A stretch of 64,000 nt of DNA from the NCBI GenBank assembly GCA_029717555.1, contig JAMDHS010000081.1, positions 1 through 64,000 on the forward strand, in the 5' to 3' direction. Position numbers and translations under genes: made by a program. The first letter of the stretch is position 1. Each line of letters opens with the position of its first letter. The DNA is from Peribolospora baueri. Lineage: Eukaryota. The notes beneath the pieces were generated by a model. The model ran no database searches. It had not been told where the DNA came from and was given only the letters and a program-made list of their open reading frames with translations. Of the stretch, positions 37,083 to 53,168 are shown in pieces.

Positions 37083-40000
37083 TCAGACCTTCATGGCCTG
37101 GTTGAGTTCTTCCCTGAACACTTTCAGCAGAGAGTCCAGGCCGGTCGCGTGGTCGGGGTATCTGGGCTCGCGCTCGTAGAGGGGCACGGTGCGCGTCTGA
37201 GCGGTCCAAAGGCAAGAAGCCAGCGCGAGGAAGACGTGAGATGCCATGGTAGTGACGCCTGTCGGTCGACTGCGTAGCCTTTGCTCACCTTGCTGAAACC
37301 GTCACCAAAGATCTTGACCGCGTCGTCGCCGTCGACGTCGCCGCCGTAGTACCTGCATCCCGTTTCGAACTGCTTGGCACGTTTGGCTTTGTGATAGTCG
37401 GTCAGCTCCTCGATGTCCTTGATCATCTTTTCGTTGAGCGAGGGGTAGATGATGCTCCAGAGGTCGACCCTATCGGGGGAGCCGGAGCTGCCGAGCATGA
37501 TGGCGAGATGGCGGAACCTGAGAGCATGCGCACAAAAGACTGTGTCAGCAGCGAGGGGAGACGCCTCCTATGTAGGCTCGCTCTCCAGCATAGGTGCTCA
37601 CCAGATGAAAAAGTCTTGAAACACCGGATCCTGCTTGGCCATGTTGTGCATGTACGAGTAGAGCGGGTCGCAATGACTACTGATGAACCTGGCGATGGTC
37701 TTGATCGACACCTGTGGGTCCTGAATGCGTTCTCGCTGCGCGGAAACGACGGCGATGAAGCGGTCAAAGAACTTTGCAAACGTCAAGACGGCGGGCCCGG
37801 TGCGCGTCACGTTGTAGATTCTTTTCGCCGTGCCGACGAGCGGCGTCAGGAACGCTTGCAGCGCCTCGAGGGTGGAGTGCTCGGTGAGCATAGACCGGAT
37901 CTGCCGGCCGTCGTGCTGATGTGCCAAGACGCTGAGCAGGCGCTGGAGCGAGAAGATGAGGTTCACGTCGTCGTTCTCGCAGTACGCCTTGGCATGCGGC
38001 GACGGATTCTTCTTCATGAAGGCGGTGTACGCTTTGGTCGCACGGCGGATGCGGTCCATCTCGTACTTGTTCAGCCGGGGCTTTTCCGCGCTGCGAACGA
38101 TGGCGGCGACGAGCGGAATGCCGGACACTCGAGCATGATAGCGGATGACGCTCTGCAGGGCAGAATCGGCACGGGATGTTAGCGGGCGAGCCACTCACGT
38201 TGGAAGCAGCCTGACGTTCGCCGACGGGTGAGCGAGCACTCACCTTGAGGTCCTCAGGCGCCTCCACAAAGCGAGCAATCTTCTGGCACATACGAGGGCT
38301 GACGATCTTCTGTTGCAGGTCTTGGACCTCTTTGTTGATCTTGACGGGGTCGTCCTCGAGAATGAGGAGGAGGAGCCTGGGGGCGAAAGAAGACGAAAGC
38401 ACGCATCGGGCCCGTCAACAAAGGAGGCGACAAAAAAAGGGAGAAAGAAAAAATGAGGACGAAAATCGGAACAGGAAACACACTTTTGAATGAAAGCCTT
38501 CTTGAGCAGACCGTCGCGAAGGGTCCACAACATCATTCCAGCGCCGGGCATGCGCATCGCCCACCCCAGCTTGCGCCAAGGCACCGCTTCGTAGAGGGCG
38601 CGGAGCCTGGCAAAGTTGGCGTCCGCGCGATCCGAGGCGACGAAAGCGCGGTGGATGACCTTGGCAGCCTGGAGCCAACCGTACTCAAAGAGGCGTCTGT
38701 ACTGCTCCGGCACGTCCGCGTACCTGGACACGGTGCGGAGGATGTCGAGGCCCTTGAGGAAACCGGGGCCTTCCACGCACTCTTTGAAAAGAGTGTCCAG
38801 GTTGTCGCGCTCCGACGCCACCACCGCTCCGGCTCGAGCGGCTACGGCGGCACGTGCGGCTTTGCGGCCGTCGTCCACGTCCTTGCGCGCGCGCATGTCC
38901 AACATGTCCGGCACCTTGAGCGATCGCTCCGAAACAAAGCCGGTGAGCAGGAAAGCGACCGTCTCGCGAGCGTGTCCGGCCCCGCGGATGGCGAGCGTGT
39001 CGCGCAGCCAGCCGCGCAAGATGCGCCGACGAGTGTCCCCGACGGGCGTGCGCACCAGCTCAGGGCCAGAGCCTGTCGTCGAGCCGCCGGTAGCCGAGGC
39101 CTTCTCCGTGGACCTGGCCCGCTCGGTCGCCTTGGCCTCTTCGGCCGTGAGCGATGTCGGAGAGGCGATGTCGCGAAGGCTGCGCGTATCTACGCTGTGC
39201 CTCACCTTGCCGCTGAAGACGCTCAAGGTTCGCCTTCGCAACGGCGGCTTGGAGGCGGCGGCAGCGGCGGCGGCGGCGGCCCTCTCTTCGGCCAGCATGG
39301 CCTCCTGCTTTCGCCTGATCTCTTTCGGAAGACCCTCCCTGGCTGCCGCCGAGAGACGGCGGGAAAGCGTGGAGCCTTTGGAGCGCGTGAGCGAGGGTTC
39401 GACGCCGCCGCCGCCGATCTCCTTGACGGGCTCCGCCGCCGCGGCGTCCTCGCCGTTCTTGTCCGACAGGGAGAAGACGCCTCGCGAAAGCCTGTGAGGA
39501 TTTTCAATCGACACGTCGACTTTGGGCTTGGGCGACAGCAAGGTTATTCGCTTAGGGTTCAGGTTCGACGCCGTCGCGGGGGAGGCGGCTAAGATCTTCT
39601 CCGCGTCTTCAGGCTCTTCTTTTGCCGCTTCCTCCGGCTTGTCAGCACCGGTGCCGCCGCTGCCTTCGCGGTCCACGTCGGGGATGGCGGGGAGGCCCTC
39701 TTGGCCCTCGGAGCCCTTGCGAACGGTGGTGGACCACCTGTCCGGCAGCTGAGGGGGCGGGGGAATGCTGGCGTTGGCGGCGGAGAAACGGCCAAAGAGG
39801 GGCATGGAGCGAACGGACATGCGACCGAAAGATCGGCGCGAGTCGATGGACGTCTGTCGCCACAAGGCAAACTCTGGCACAGCCTCGTCCTCGCGCTTGC
39901 CGCCTTTGGGCAGGGAGCGAACGTGAGCGACGGGTGAGACGTCTTTTGCGATCTGCGTGGAAGCGGAGAAGGAAGGAAGGCGCGGTGAGGAAACTGGGCG

Positions 40001-43000
40001 GGATGGGCGAAGAAAGCACAGCGACGGACGCTCACCCCGCTCCTGAAGCGCACAAAGTCGCTCTCGCTGCGGATCACAAATTCGTCATGCCGCCACGGCT
40101 GTCGAATGCGAAGGATGTAGGACTGAGAAAAAGAGAAAGGAAGCGGTGTGAAGAGTGAGGATGGCGATTGAGAGAAACAAAGACGGATTCCAGCGCCGGC
40201 TCACCCTTTCCAAAAGGTTCCTGCGCACGCCGACAATGTCGACTTCAAAGCCACCGTAGGACAGCTTGTCGATGCTCTTGTAGAACGGCGTGAAAGAAAA
40301 GGTGTACTTGTCGCCTGGCGCGGGCCACGGATGGCCTGCCTTGGGGGCCGGGTAGAGGCCTCTGGGGCTGGGCGTGGGAGCATGCCAGTCGTCGCCTTCG
40401 TCTTCCGAGGTCGCCTGGCCGGCGTGGATGTACGCGGTGAGGTAGCGGACAGTCCAGCGTTCGAGGGTGCTCTTGATCAAGGAGCCTATGGTCAGGATGG
40501 AAGGGTCGATGTGGTCGCCGTGGTCCATGGCCTTGCTGAGGCCTTTGCCGTGCGCGGAGCGCAGGATGGGCAAGATGGCGGTGAGCCAGAACGAGTTGTC
40601 GCCGGCGGCCGTTGGCACGGGTACGCCTCCGCTGAAAGGCACGGCTTCCTCCTCCTCTTCTTCTTCCTCCCTGTCCGCCGCCGCCGCCGACGTATCGTCC
40701 TCGTCCACGATGCGTCGCGAACCCACTTCGCCCGGTTCGGCCTCCGACGAGACTAGCACCGCTGCTTCTTCGCGGGCAACCGAGGCACGTGTGGCGGCAA
40801 CCGGCTCGTCACGCGGAGGCTTGCCGACGAGGGGAAACGTGCGGAGGGCGTTCTTGATGAGAAAGCGGAGGAGGGGGAGGTCGGGAACGTTGGCGTGGGG
40901 ATCGATCACCCATTCACTTTCCTCCTCCTCCTCGTTCTCGTCCTCTTGTTGGTCTCCTTCAGATGAACCAGTGGCGGCGTGGCCGTTGCCAGCGAGCGAA
41001 GGGTTTTGCTCGTCCTCCTTTCCGGGAGGGTCGAGAGAGGTAAGCTGCCAAGCTTGCTCGAGCTCCCACCTGAGTTCACGCCGAACGAGGTCCTTGAGGA
41101 GATCTGGGTGGAAAGAACGGCGAAGCCATAGCGTCGTTCGATTCGTCAGCGAGTGTCAACGCCAAAACCCGGCCAACCGACCGACCGAGCGGATGGTGAG
41201 ACGAAGGGATGCTCACAGTGAGTGCCTTCGGGAGTCATCCCGTTCGGCCTCGGCCGGGACTCGACGCCTTGCTCGTCGTCGACGGCGTCTTCCTTGTCCG
41301 CGCCGGTGGTCGTGACGTCCCTCTCCGTGACGACACGCTTGGACTTGTCCTCTTCCGCTGATGGACCTACAGGCACAGGCCCTTCCGCTGATGGACCTGC
41401 AGGCTGTTCGTCTTCAGGTGCGGACACGGGTGTGACGAGTGCTCTCGAGCCTGAGCCCGAGTCGGAGCCGGAGCCAGAGCCTACGGAGGCGGAGTGCGCC
41501 TCAAGGAAAGCGGCGGCAGGAGACGGGCTGCGAGGGGCGGTGACATCGGTGGGGGATGGGACGAGAGCGCTCCGCTCTTCCCTTGCCGTCTCGGTGGCCG
41601 CGTCGGGCGAGGCGGCGCGCGGCCTCGTCGTGGTCACCGTCTCCTCGAAGAAGACGGGCTCGGAGGCGTCGTCGGCATCGGACGCCGGCGGGGGGACGGA
41701 GCGCACGGTGGTGGTGGTGGTGGTAGTGGTCTCGGAGCGCGTGGTGGTAGTGGTGGTCGTCGTCTCCACCTCCTCCCACACGCCGCGGTCGTTCTTGCGC
41801 CGACGACGCTCTACCTTTTTCATCGTCGTCACATCGTCGTTGGCCGCCGGTCGCGCGATATCGGGCGCGGGCGCGGGCGACGCTGGCTTGCCTTCGCCGC
41901 CGCCGGTGGAGGCAGGCGGAGGGAGGGGGTAAAAGAAGCTGCCGCCGGCAAGGCCCAATCCGGGTCCGGCCTTGCCCTGGTCGGAGAAGGCGCCGAGCAA
42001 GGGGCCCGGGTCGGGACTGTCGTCGAGATAGGGCTCGGACGAGTGGAGATAGGGCGAGGACAAGTCGAGATAGGGCTTATCCTCGCTCTCGCCCTGGTCG
42101 CCGGCTACCGGGGAACGACTTGCGCGGAGGGTGGAGTAAGCCGAGCTGGGGTCGTGAGTCGAAGCAGAGGCGCTGGCTATGGTCGGGTGGGGTTTGACGA
42201 TGATGGGCGTCTTGGAAGGGGTGAGGTTGTGAAGGACGAGTTGAGAGGGGAGATGACTGGTGGTACCAGAGCGCGGGTTGCTGGATACATGAAAGGGACG
42301 AAAGGGCGGGGGATGGATGAGCGGATCGTCGTCGCCGTCGTCGCCGTTGTCGCTTCTGCGCGTTCATGCGCGTCGCGTCGTCTTGAACGCGCATATACGA
42401 CGAGACGGCGAGGTCAACTCACCTGAGGAAGTCACCACCAGACTGGTCAACAACGCCTTCGCCTTCGCCCTCACCCTCACTCCCACTCTCGCTGAAGGGC
42501 TCCTTCTTCTCCGACGCCCGCGCCGCTCCTCCGACGGCGCTCACTCGCTTCGGCGACTTGTCCGGTTTGACAGGCCGCTGGGGCAACAAAAGCCCAGGAT
42601 CCCTATCATCGACCGACTTGGGTCGTACCTTCTTAGACAGGGCCTTGATGCTACCGAGTAGCTTGCTGCTGCGCTCCTTGGACGACGTGTCGAGCACCTG
42701 GTCTGATAGGAGCGGGGAGCGATCGGGCGAAGGGGCGGGGGCGAAGGCGACGGAAGAAGAGGAAGGCGGTTTAGGCGATGCGGCGTCGGCGTCGACGGCG
42801 TCGGACGTTTTCGCTGCCTCCGAGGCGGTTGTGGTTGTGGTTGCGACTTGTGGGCCTACGTCGTCGTTGTTAGCGTCGGCGTCCGCGATTACGGCCGCCG
42901 CGTTGCCGCCGGCGTCGGCTTTCGTCTTGTCGGCGACACCGCCGTCGCCGGCTTGGCCGTTCAAATAAGCCTTGTCATCGTCGATGGCGCCAGGCACGGC

Positions 43001-43147
43001 TCGGACGCTGGGGAGGTCGGGGCGGGGGGAGGCGACGACGACGGGGGCAGCTTCGCTCTGTGCGCTGCGGCGAGAGCGAAGGGATTGGGAGCGGGTGCGG
43101 GCGCGGGCGGCGTAGTCTACGTAACCGCCCGGCGGGTGGCCGACCAT
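37083..43147 (-). CDS. PX / PX-associated domain protein (yeast Ypr097w-like architecture) with long disordered N-terminus
   Basis: MTPEGTH/YLLKDLVRREL, LPLLRFLIKNALRTFP, GFEVDIVGVR, EFVIR, RRILRGWLR, then a helical C-terminal region ending FREELNQAMKV*. Whether the 5' exons (43147-41220) belong to the same gene is inferred from splice phase. Confidence 0.75.
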
Positions 43148-44074
43148 GGCGATGGGGAGGGGTTTGGAGGATGTGGGCGGGTGCGATGGGCGGTGAGCGG
43201 TGAGCGGAGAGCGGATGGAGGAGGGCGGGGATATAGGGGATATGAAGAAGCGGGAGCGGGTATGTGACGGAGACGGAAGCGAAGGGGAAAGAAAGAGATG
43301 GGTCGGTGGTGGTAGTGCGGAGAGGAGGAAGATGGATGAAGGTGGAATGGAATGGAACGGGTCCGCTGAGATGGGCCAAGAATAAGGGAAGATTCTCGCG
43401 CAGGCGGCCGCCGGCCATCGAAGTCGAGGTCGAGGTCGAGGTCGAGGTCGAGCGAGGTGCCGAGAGTATGGGATGAGCTCTATTGGTATTGCAATTGGTA
43501 TTGTCATTGCTATTGGTATTGCCACTGTTCTTGCCATTGCCATCAGACCACATCGCATAGCATCGACATCGACATCGAAACCCGCCTCCCTCTTTCACAC
43601 GACACTCGACACTCGACACTCGCCCCGCTCCCCGTCCCCACACTCTCGGACGGTCGGCCGCGGAGGGCACATCCGCACATCTCACCAAGCTTTCTTTCCT
43701 TTCTTTCCCTTGCCGACCGGACGCACCCCGCTGGACGAATACCAGAAATCTGTCTGGCATTACCTTCGCCGCCTCGACACATCTTGGGTCGAGGCGCGCG
43801 CGAACAAAAACGCACGCGACGCGGTCTTTTGTAAGTGTAATAGTATAGCCGCCGCGCCGCCGCTGGGCTGGTGAGCTAGCTAGCTAATGGGACAGTTGCG
43901 ATGGACAGGGGGGTCAGAGGGGAGTTAGAGAGAGAGAAAGACGCGAGGGCAGAGCGGTGGTTGGTTTGCGAAAGTAGAGGCGAAATCGAGAGGCGAGTAG
44001 ACGACGAGAAAAGAAAAGGTACAAGAAAGAAAAGAACCGGATCGAGTGCCGAGCAAGGCAAGACAGACAGACCC

Positions 44075-46741
<2,667 letters not shown>

Positions 46742-47137
46742 GGTGTGACAGGAAGAAAGAAAAGGGGAGGAACGGCGGAGCTGATGGAGAGACGGAAGCT
46801 ACAGTATGGGATCGACGAAAGCGAACGTCGAGAAAGGGGTGGCGATAGAAGGGATGATGGAAGGGATGATGAGGAAGATTGACTTCATAAGCGGACCATC
46901 GGACGGGCAGACAGGAAGAAGTCCTAACAACCTGCCGCAGCCTCTCCGAAGCCGATCGAAGCAGCGCTTTTAGGCGGCGTTCGCGGGTCAAAGATGGGCC
47001 GTTTTCCCACGGTCGAGCATTGACCCAATCGGATGCTGCGGTCATCGCCTGCGGCTCCAAGTCGACTCGAATAGACGACGCTGTCTTCTTGAGATGCAAA
47101 AGAGACTCGAGTCGAGAAATAGCAGCAGAAGGCAGCC

Positions 47138-47731
47138 ATGGTGAGCAGACCGGCGAGACTGGGCGGCTTATACTGCAACCTGGAAGCACATCAGTCTGAC
47201 ATGCTTTCCCCATCTCGCTGGACTCGCTGCAGATCATCCCCGTGAGGTGCTTCTCGTGCGGCAAGGTCATCGGCGACAAGTGGAACACCTATCTCGCTCT
47301 CCTCCAGTCGGACTACGATGAGGGGTGAGTTTCGGTTGGGCGAAGCGGAGACGCGGCGCTTGGCTTCCCCGTCACGCCCACTTGGCGCTTTCGTCTGGCA
47401 TGTGCTGGAGGATTGAGCTAATTGGCAATTTTGTGCCTCGCCTGTCTTTCTGACGCCAGCGCTGCCCTGGACGCGCTCAACTTGAAGCGATACTGCTGCC
47501 GACGGATGGTGCTCACTCACGTCGATCTCATCGAAAAGTTGCTTCACTACAACGGTGAGTTACGTTTCTTATTTGCTGCGCTTACCGGTTGCGATGCGGG
47601 ACGTGGATGGAGACGAAGCAGGGCCGACTCGGGGGTCGGTGGCGCGCAGCGATCGTTGGGAATCCTGTTCATCTCACATATTCGTTGTTCTACTTCACTT
47701 TCGTTCAACAGCCAACGAGCGAAGGAAGTGA
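47138..47731 (+). CDS. RPB10: RNA polymerases I/II/III subunit RPABC5
   Basis: [48 protein letters not shown]. First coding exon is ATG only. Confidence 0.97.
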
Positions 47732-47989
47732 TCACACATCCGTGACACACCACTTTCTGCATTTTCTCTGCACCGATACGAGACTAGGAAGCATGTACGA
47801 TATGGGATCGGCGACTTTTTCATGAAAACACCAAAAACACCAAGACGGTGAAACCTGCTTTTTTTGCGAAACGAACATGCAGTTTCTACATTTTGAAAGG
47901 TAACGCTTGGACATACGTCCAACCGAGTCCGAACCACCACACTCTCCCTCTTCCGAAGCCGCGCTGTCCATCTCTCTTGGCCCGCACCT

Positions 47990-50900
47990 TCAGCGACGAT
48001 GGCGCGAAGCAGAGTCCTCCTCCGCCTGGAAGTCGCCGTACTCGAACGCGCCGGCGTGCGTCCGACGAGCTTCGAGCTCCGCCTCGTTAAGCGTCTTGAG
48101 CACTGCCGAGGGTAAGCGTAACGTGTACCGCCGATCAGTCCTCCGTTTCCACCGGTTCTTCTCCGTGCTTTCACAGCAAATACAAGAACCCGCTCCCGCA
48201 TCAGAGCGTGACTCACCGCCAGGGTAAGCCTTAGCATACCTGCTCTTGCGATCGACGACTGCCAACCCATCTCGCACAAGATCAACGTTGATGCTCGCGT
48301 CAGGAGAGCCCGCGGCGGCGGGGTTGCTGGGATCGTAGAGCGTCAAGTGGAGGACCCCGCCTTCACGTGCGTCGACGTTAGCGACCAACTTGCGGCCCTG
48401 TAATTCCGGTGCGGTGTATGAAACCGAATGAACTAGCGTCAGACGGAGCTGGTCGACCTGCAATCAGACACAACAAGCGAGAGCTCACCTCCGCCACCTG
48501 TCGGAACGCGTCGACTGCCTCGACAGCGTACTCGTTACCTTCGACGAGCCGGATGAAGCTCAACGTAGCCTCGTGGGCTTGCGCCGGCATCTTGCCGATG
48601 CCAAAGCGCGAATTGTCCAGGGGCTTGAGACGGGACCACGGGAGTGTCTCGCCGTTGCCGTAGTCGAAGAACTGGTACCGTTCGTTCGCGAGGCACAGGG
48701 GAACGTCAGCGTATTGAGGACATCACCGATTGGCAAGCGACTGCTAAAACTCACGTGCACCTCGGCCTCCTTCTTCCCCGGGTTGCTCTTCCGCACTCTC
48801 GCCCGGTACCAAGCGTCGTCGGCGGTGAATCTAGCGCTGACGACGTCCCCGGAGCGTGGAATGAAGGAGGTGGGAGCAGGTGTGGAGGAGACGTGGAAGG
48901 CGGCAAAGTCGGCCATGAGCTGCTCAAATGACTTTGAGCTCTCGTCGAGGATCTGGACCGCGAAGCCGAATGGCTCGTCCTTGCCTCCGCCGCGAACTTC
49001 AGAGACAACCACGTCCTTGTACTCCTTTTGAGCCACGGGCGGCTCGACCAAGTGTCCGGCGGCGCCGTTAGCCGCTTCCTGTTCCGCCGCCTCTGCCTCC
49101 GCGTCGTAATCCTTCCAGAGCTGTGTCGTCCATGTGAGAGGAGAGAAAGGGGCGTCAGACCGATCCCGTCTATCCGGAAACGGGTCCCTGGCGGCTGCAT
49201 ACTCACGTTCTTTTGCTCCTTCTTGGCGCTTGCTTGCGCCTCATAGAGCTGAGAGCTGAACGTCATACCCTCCGCAGTGTAGTCGTGCACTTGGGCAAGG
49301 CCCTCTTGGACGAGCGTGACTGCGAAGTTCTCCGTCTTGTTGAGGTAGAGCACTCCGATGAATCCACCGACCTTGTCAGTCGTCACAAACTCTACCTCAA
49401 CGTCCCTCTGCAGCGCCCTCCGAGTGGTGAATTCGAGTGCCTCCTTTCCGAATGGCTCGTCCTTCTCGCTGCTATTCCGTGCCGTCCTCGGCGCTCGAAT
49501 TCCGGCGAGGACAAACGTGAGACGCTGGTTCTCTTTCGGCAAGAGCAACTTGAACCGCGAGCCGGAGCTGATGAAGTCGACCACCGCAGGGACGCGTCCA
49601 GACCGCTTGAGGCCGGAGAGCACCTGGTTGGCGCGCGTCACGTTCTCGGAGGCGTCGACGACGCGCGGCAGAGGCATCTCCTTGCCCGAATGGATGCCCT
49701 TGCCTTCCGCTGCCGCCTTGGACTCGGCCGCCATAAGCTTATCATACTCAGACGAACGGTCCTCATCGTCTCGACGATGGCGGAGTGCCGTCGCCAGGCC
49801 TCGCTCGATGAGAAGCTCAGAGATGTTCCTAGTGCAAGAGCGAAGCGTAAGGAGAAGCTCAATTTACAGCGTCTCCGTCTCGGACCTTTGGGAGCACATG
49901 GGCAGACTCACACGTCCTTGAGCTTGACCGTGCCGCATTCACGCTCGCCAAACTCGCCATCGGCCGGCTTGACGTAGTCGATGGTGACGAGGACGTTCTT
50001 GCCGATGAGCTTCCTCCTCAGGAATTCCCTCGCCTCGGCCTGGTAGCCGGCAAACTTGGCCTCCGCGGGTCGCGGCTGGCGGGTGGAAGAAAGCTGGATT
50101 CGGCGCTCGGTGCTGACGCCGGTGGGCTTTCGGACAGCGATTGTGTCGCCAGACACAATGCGAGACACGACGGCATCGAACGTCCGAGCAGACAGCGGCG
50201 TCGCGGCTGGGCCGGTGGTTGGCGCCGAGTAAGACTTCCAGAGGTTTAAACGCTTCTCCTTGGCAACCCTGCAAAATGCCGGCGGAGCAACGAAACAAGC
50301 GCAAATGAACCTCCCATATAACGGCTTCGTAGAATACGGGACGACAATCGCACTCACCTTTCAGCTCTTCTATACTTCTCCATTCCCCCGAAAGAGGAGA
50401 GCATGCCCGCATGCCAGTCCACACAGCGTGCGAGTCCGGAAGAGAGAAGGAACTCAGCGATGTTACCAACAGGATGCTCGGCAATACCGATGAATATGGA
50501 AGCGGGTGCGGGCGGCGGTGCAGGGGTGGATGCAGTGGCAGCGAACGGCGTTGGGCCGACGGCGGAAGAAGGGAGGGAGAGAAGAATGATTTTGATATTG
50601 CGCTGCAGAAGTCTGAAGGGGCACACCGTCAGGAGGTGGCGATGCCTCAGCTTACGAAAGCGACACAGCGAGGCAGTGTTCCTGGGAGGGATGTACGAAC
50701 CTCGATTCTACGAAGAACTTTGCCTCCTCGCCGAACTCCTCGCCTTCCGCCGGACCGACACCACCAGACCCTGTCGTTCTGGGCGCTTTGATGCCGGCGA
50801 GGCTGAGGTTGATGAACTGATGGTGCTTCGGAGAGAGGAGCATGCGAGCGCGAATGGTGGAACCGTCACGGACCTGCTCAACGATGGCTGAAGATCGCAC

Positions 50901-51792
50901 AATAGGGTCGAGGTAGGGTTCAGTCTTATGGGCCCCACTCCGCCACAAAGGGAGGAAGACTTACAATCGACTGGCTTCCCCTTCCATTCGGAAAGGAAAG
51001 CGACCGAGTCCTCAGGCATCATGTACGCAACTTTGACGAGCTAAAGGGGAAGTAGAGATCGAAGGACGTCAGTTAGAGCTCCGGGCTAGCGGAATGGAAG
51101 ATGAGTTTGATGCTATGATGGCTCACCTCGTCAAGATCCCACACTCCCTGCTGCCGCTCCTTGGCCACAGCCTGCGCCTCCTGCAGCTTGATCCTCCAAG
51201 CAGGCTCCTCCCCACCATCGGTCGTCCTCTTGGTACCTCCATCGCGGACCTTGGCCCAGCCAGTGGCGACAATCTCCTCAGCTACGTTGGTGTCGGGAAG
51301 ACCAGGAGCCTTTGGAGGCAAAAAGACGTGGGCGAACTCGCGGGGAGCGGAGCCGGGATCGCTGGAAGGGACAGTGTGCTCGATGCGGAAGCGGATCTCT
51401 TTGCCGACGAGCTTGAGGCGCAAGAACTCGCGGGAGAGGAATGCGTGCGGCTGGGGTAGGGGCAAGAAATGAGCATGTGTGTGGACGCAGAACACAAGCA
51501 GAAAGGGAAGAGAGAAATGGACGAGCGGTTCCCGAGTATGACCATCGGGCATGGGAGTGATCGTCCAACAGTTCATCCGAGCAGACATTATGGGAATATC
51601 CAAGCGGAGCGCCTCGCCATAACTCACCTCGTCCTCGCGGTCCCTGCTTCCCATTCTGGGAGCAGAGATGCCAGCGATGTGAAGCTGCCTCTCCTGACCG
51701 CCGATCTGAGCGTGCCTGGCGCGGACGACGATAGTGTCGCCAGAAGAGACGCTGCGGACGATGCCTGGGAGGAGTTGCTGGGGTGCGGCCAT
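47990..51792 (-). CDS. SND1: Tudor staphylococcal nuclease (Tudor-SN/p100)
   Basis: Repeated SN domains (VSSGDTIV, SREFLRLKLVGK, VEQVRDG, AKFFVESRLLQR, AREFLRRKLIGK, LQRDVEV). Tudor motif ARFTADDAWYRARV..FDYGN. C-terminal FEYGD. Confidence 0.95.
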
Positions 51793-53168
51793 GGTGGGGT
51801 TTCAGGTGGGAGAGGTGGCAAGGGGTAAAGAGCAAGCACAAGCGGGAAGTAACAAAGAATGTGATAGAAGCGGTCTGGTGTTGGCTTGATCTTGTCAAGA
51901 CGAGCTTCCAGGTATCGGAGACGACAGAGAAGGAGCGTTCGAAGTCTCAAACGGGGGGAAGGAAGAAGGTCGCGTGCGCTGGCCGCGATGGTCACGTGGT
52001 CCAACGAAGAAGGAAGGCCTTTCAATGCGCATACTTCCACAGTTACTCCTGTCTCGTCGAGGACGAGGAAGAGGAAGAGGAAGAGGACTTCGAGTTGCAA
52101 CATGTGAGGCACTATTGGGGGCGTCGATAATAATGAGGTCAACGTCTGGGCCTTCCACGCCATTGCAAGACGTTTCGACAGCTGAAGGTCGACACGGCGT
52201 AGATACTGTCAGTCGAAGAATGAACGACGTCTCTTCCTCCCCTGCTTGCTGACGAATACCTATCTGATCACCTCCACTCCGCTTTTGCGCTTTACAGTGC
52301 TGCGCTGCTCGTAGCATCGTTGCTTGCGTACATGGCTAAGCTCTTCTCAGCGAGTGATCGCCGCTCGCGAAGACGCCGCACACCTCTCTTCGGTGTATAG
52401 GCGCCAGTCATGACAACTTTTTACACTCGTTCTGGTCAAGGACGCTACTTGCCACTACATTCGCCGCTGCTGCTCGCCGAGGAGGTTGTACGCCCCTTCG
52501 CAGGTCGAGCTTAATGAACACTTTGGCTCCCCGAAGGCGGTCCATGGCCTCGCTAATGAGCGGGAGAGGGCAGCGGTCTTTTACGGTGACGCGGTTGGGG
52601 CCCCGGTAATCCATGCAGAGGCGCAAGGGGCCGTCCTTTTTCTTGACGAAGAGGATGGGTGCGCCAGCAGGAGATTTGGGACGCCCTGATGAGTCCCTTC
52701 GAAAGGTTCTCCTCCAACCAGGCCGACAGGGTGCTCAGTTCAGTCTCTGACAGAGGATAGATGAGGCCGAAGGGTGGCGAAGCGCCGGGCTCAAGGTGGC
52801 TTGCATGGTCGTAATGCCGGTGCGGAGGGAGGGTATCTGCCTTGGTCTTGGAAAGTGACGTGAGGAGGTCATGGTACTCTGAGGGGACCACTTCCTTGAG
52901 TTTCGCCACGTACTCTGGGTGCGCGGCAACCTCTGCGCGGGTGGGCACTCCAACCTTGCGGTGTTCAAAGTCGAAATGATCCCCGCCGCGTGTCGAGCAG
53001 GAACGGTCCAAGAAGATGGTCTTCCCGTTCGAGACCCGCTGGGCCCAACCTGATACTGATAGGAAATGCGCCGCGGGCTGTAGTCGTCCGTGGCCTTGGG
53101 CGCCCGTCTGGCAAGTGAGGGTGGCCCTCCGTCGGTGGATTTCGAGGCCATGGGCGGCCGAGTCGGAA

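Noticed and set aside
38453..39592. Long + strand ORFs (379 aa, 293 aa) and similar ones at 6715-7440, 37391-38182 and 33349-34377
   Set aside because: Antisense shadows of real genes in GC-rich DNA, with no independent motifs or splice structure.
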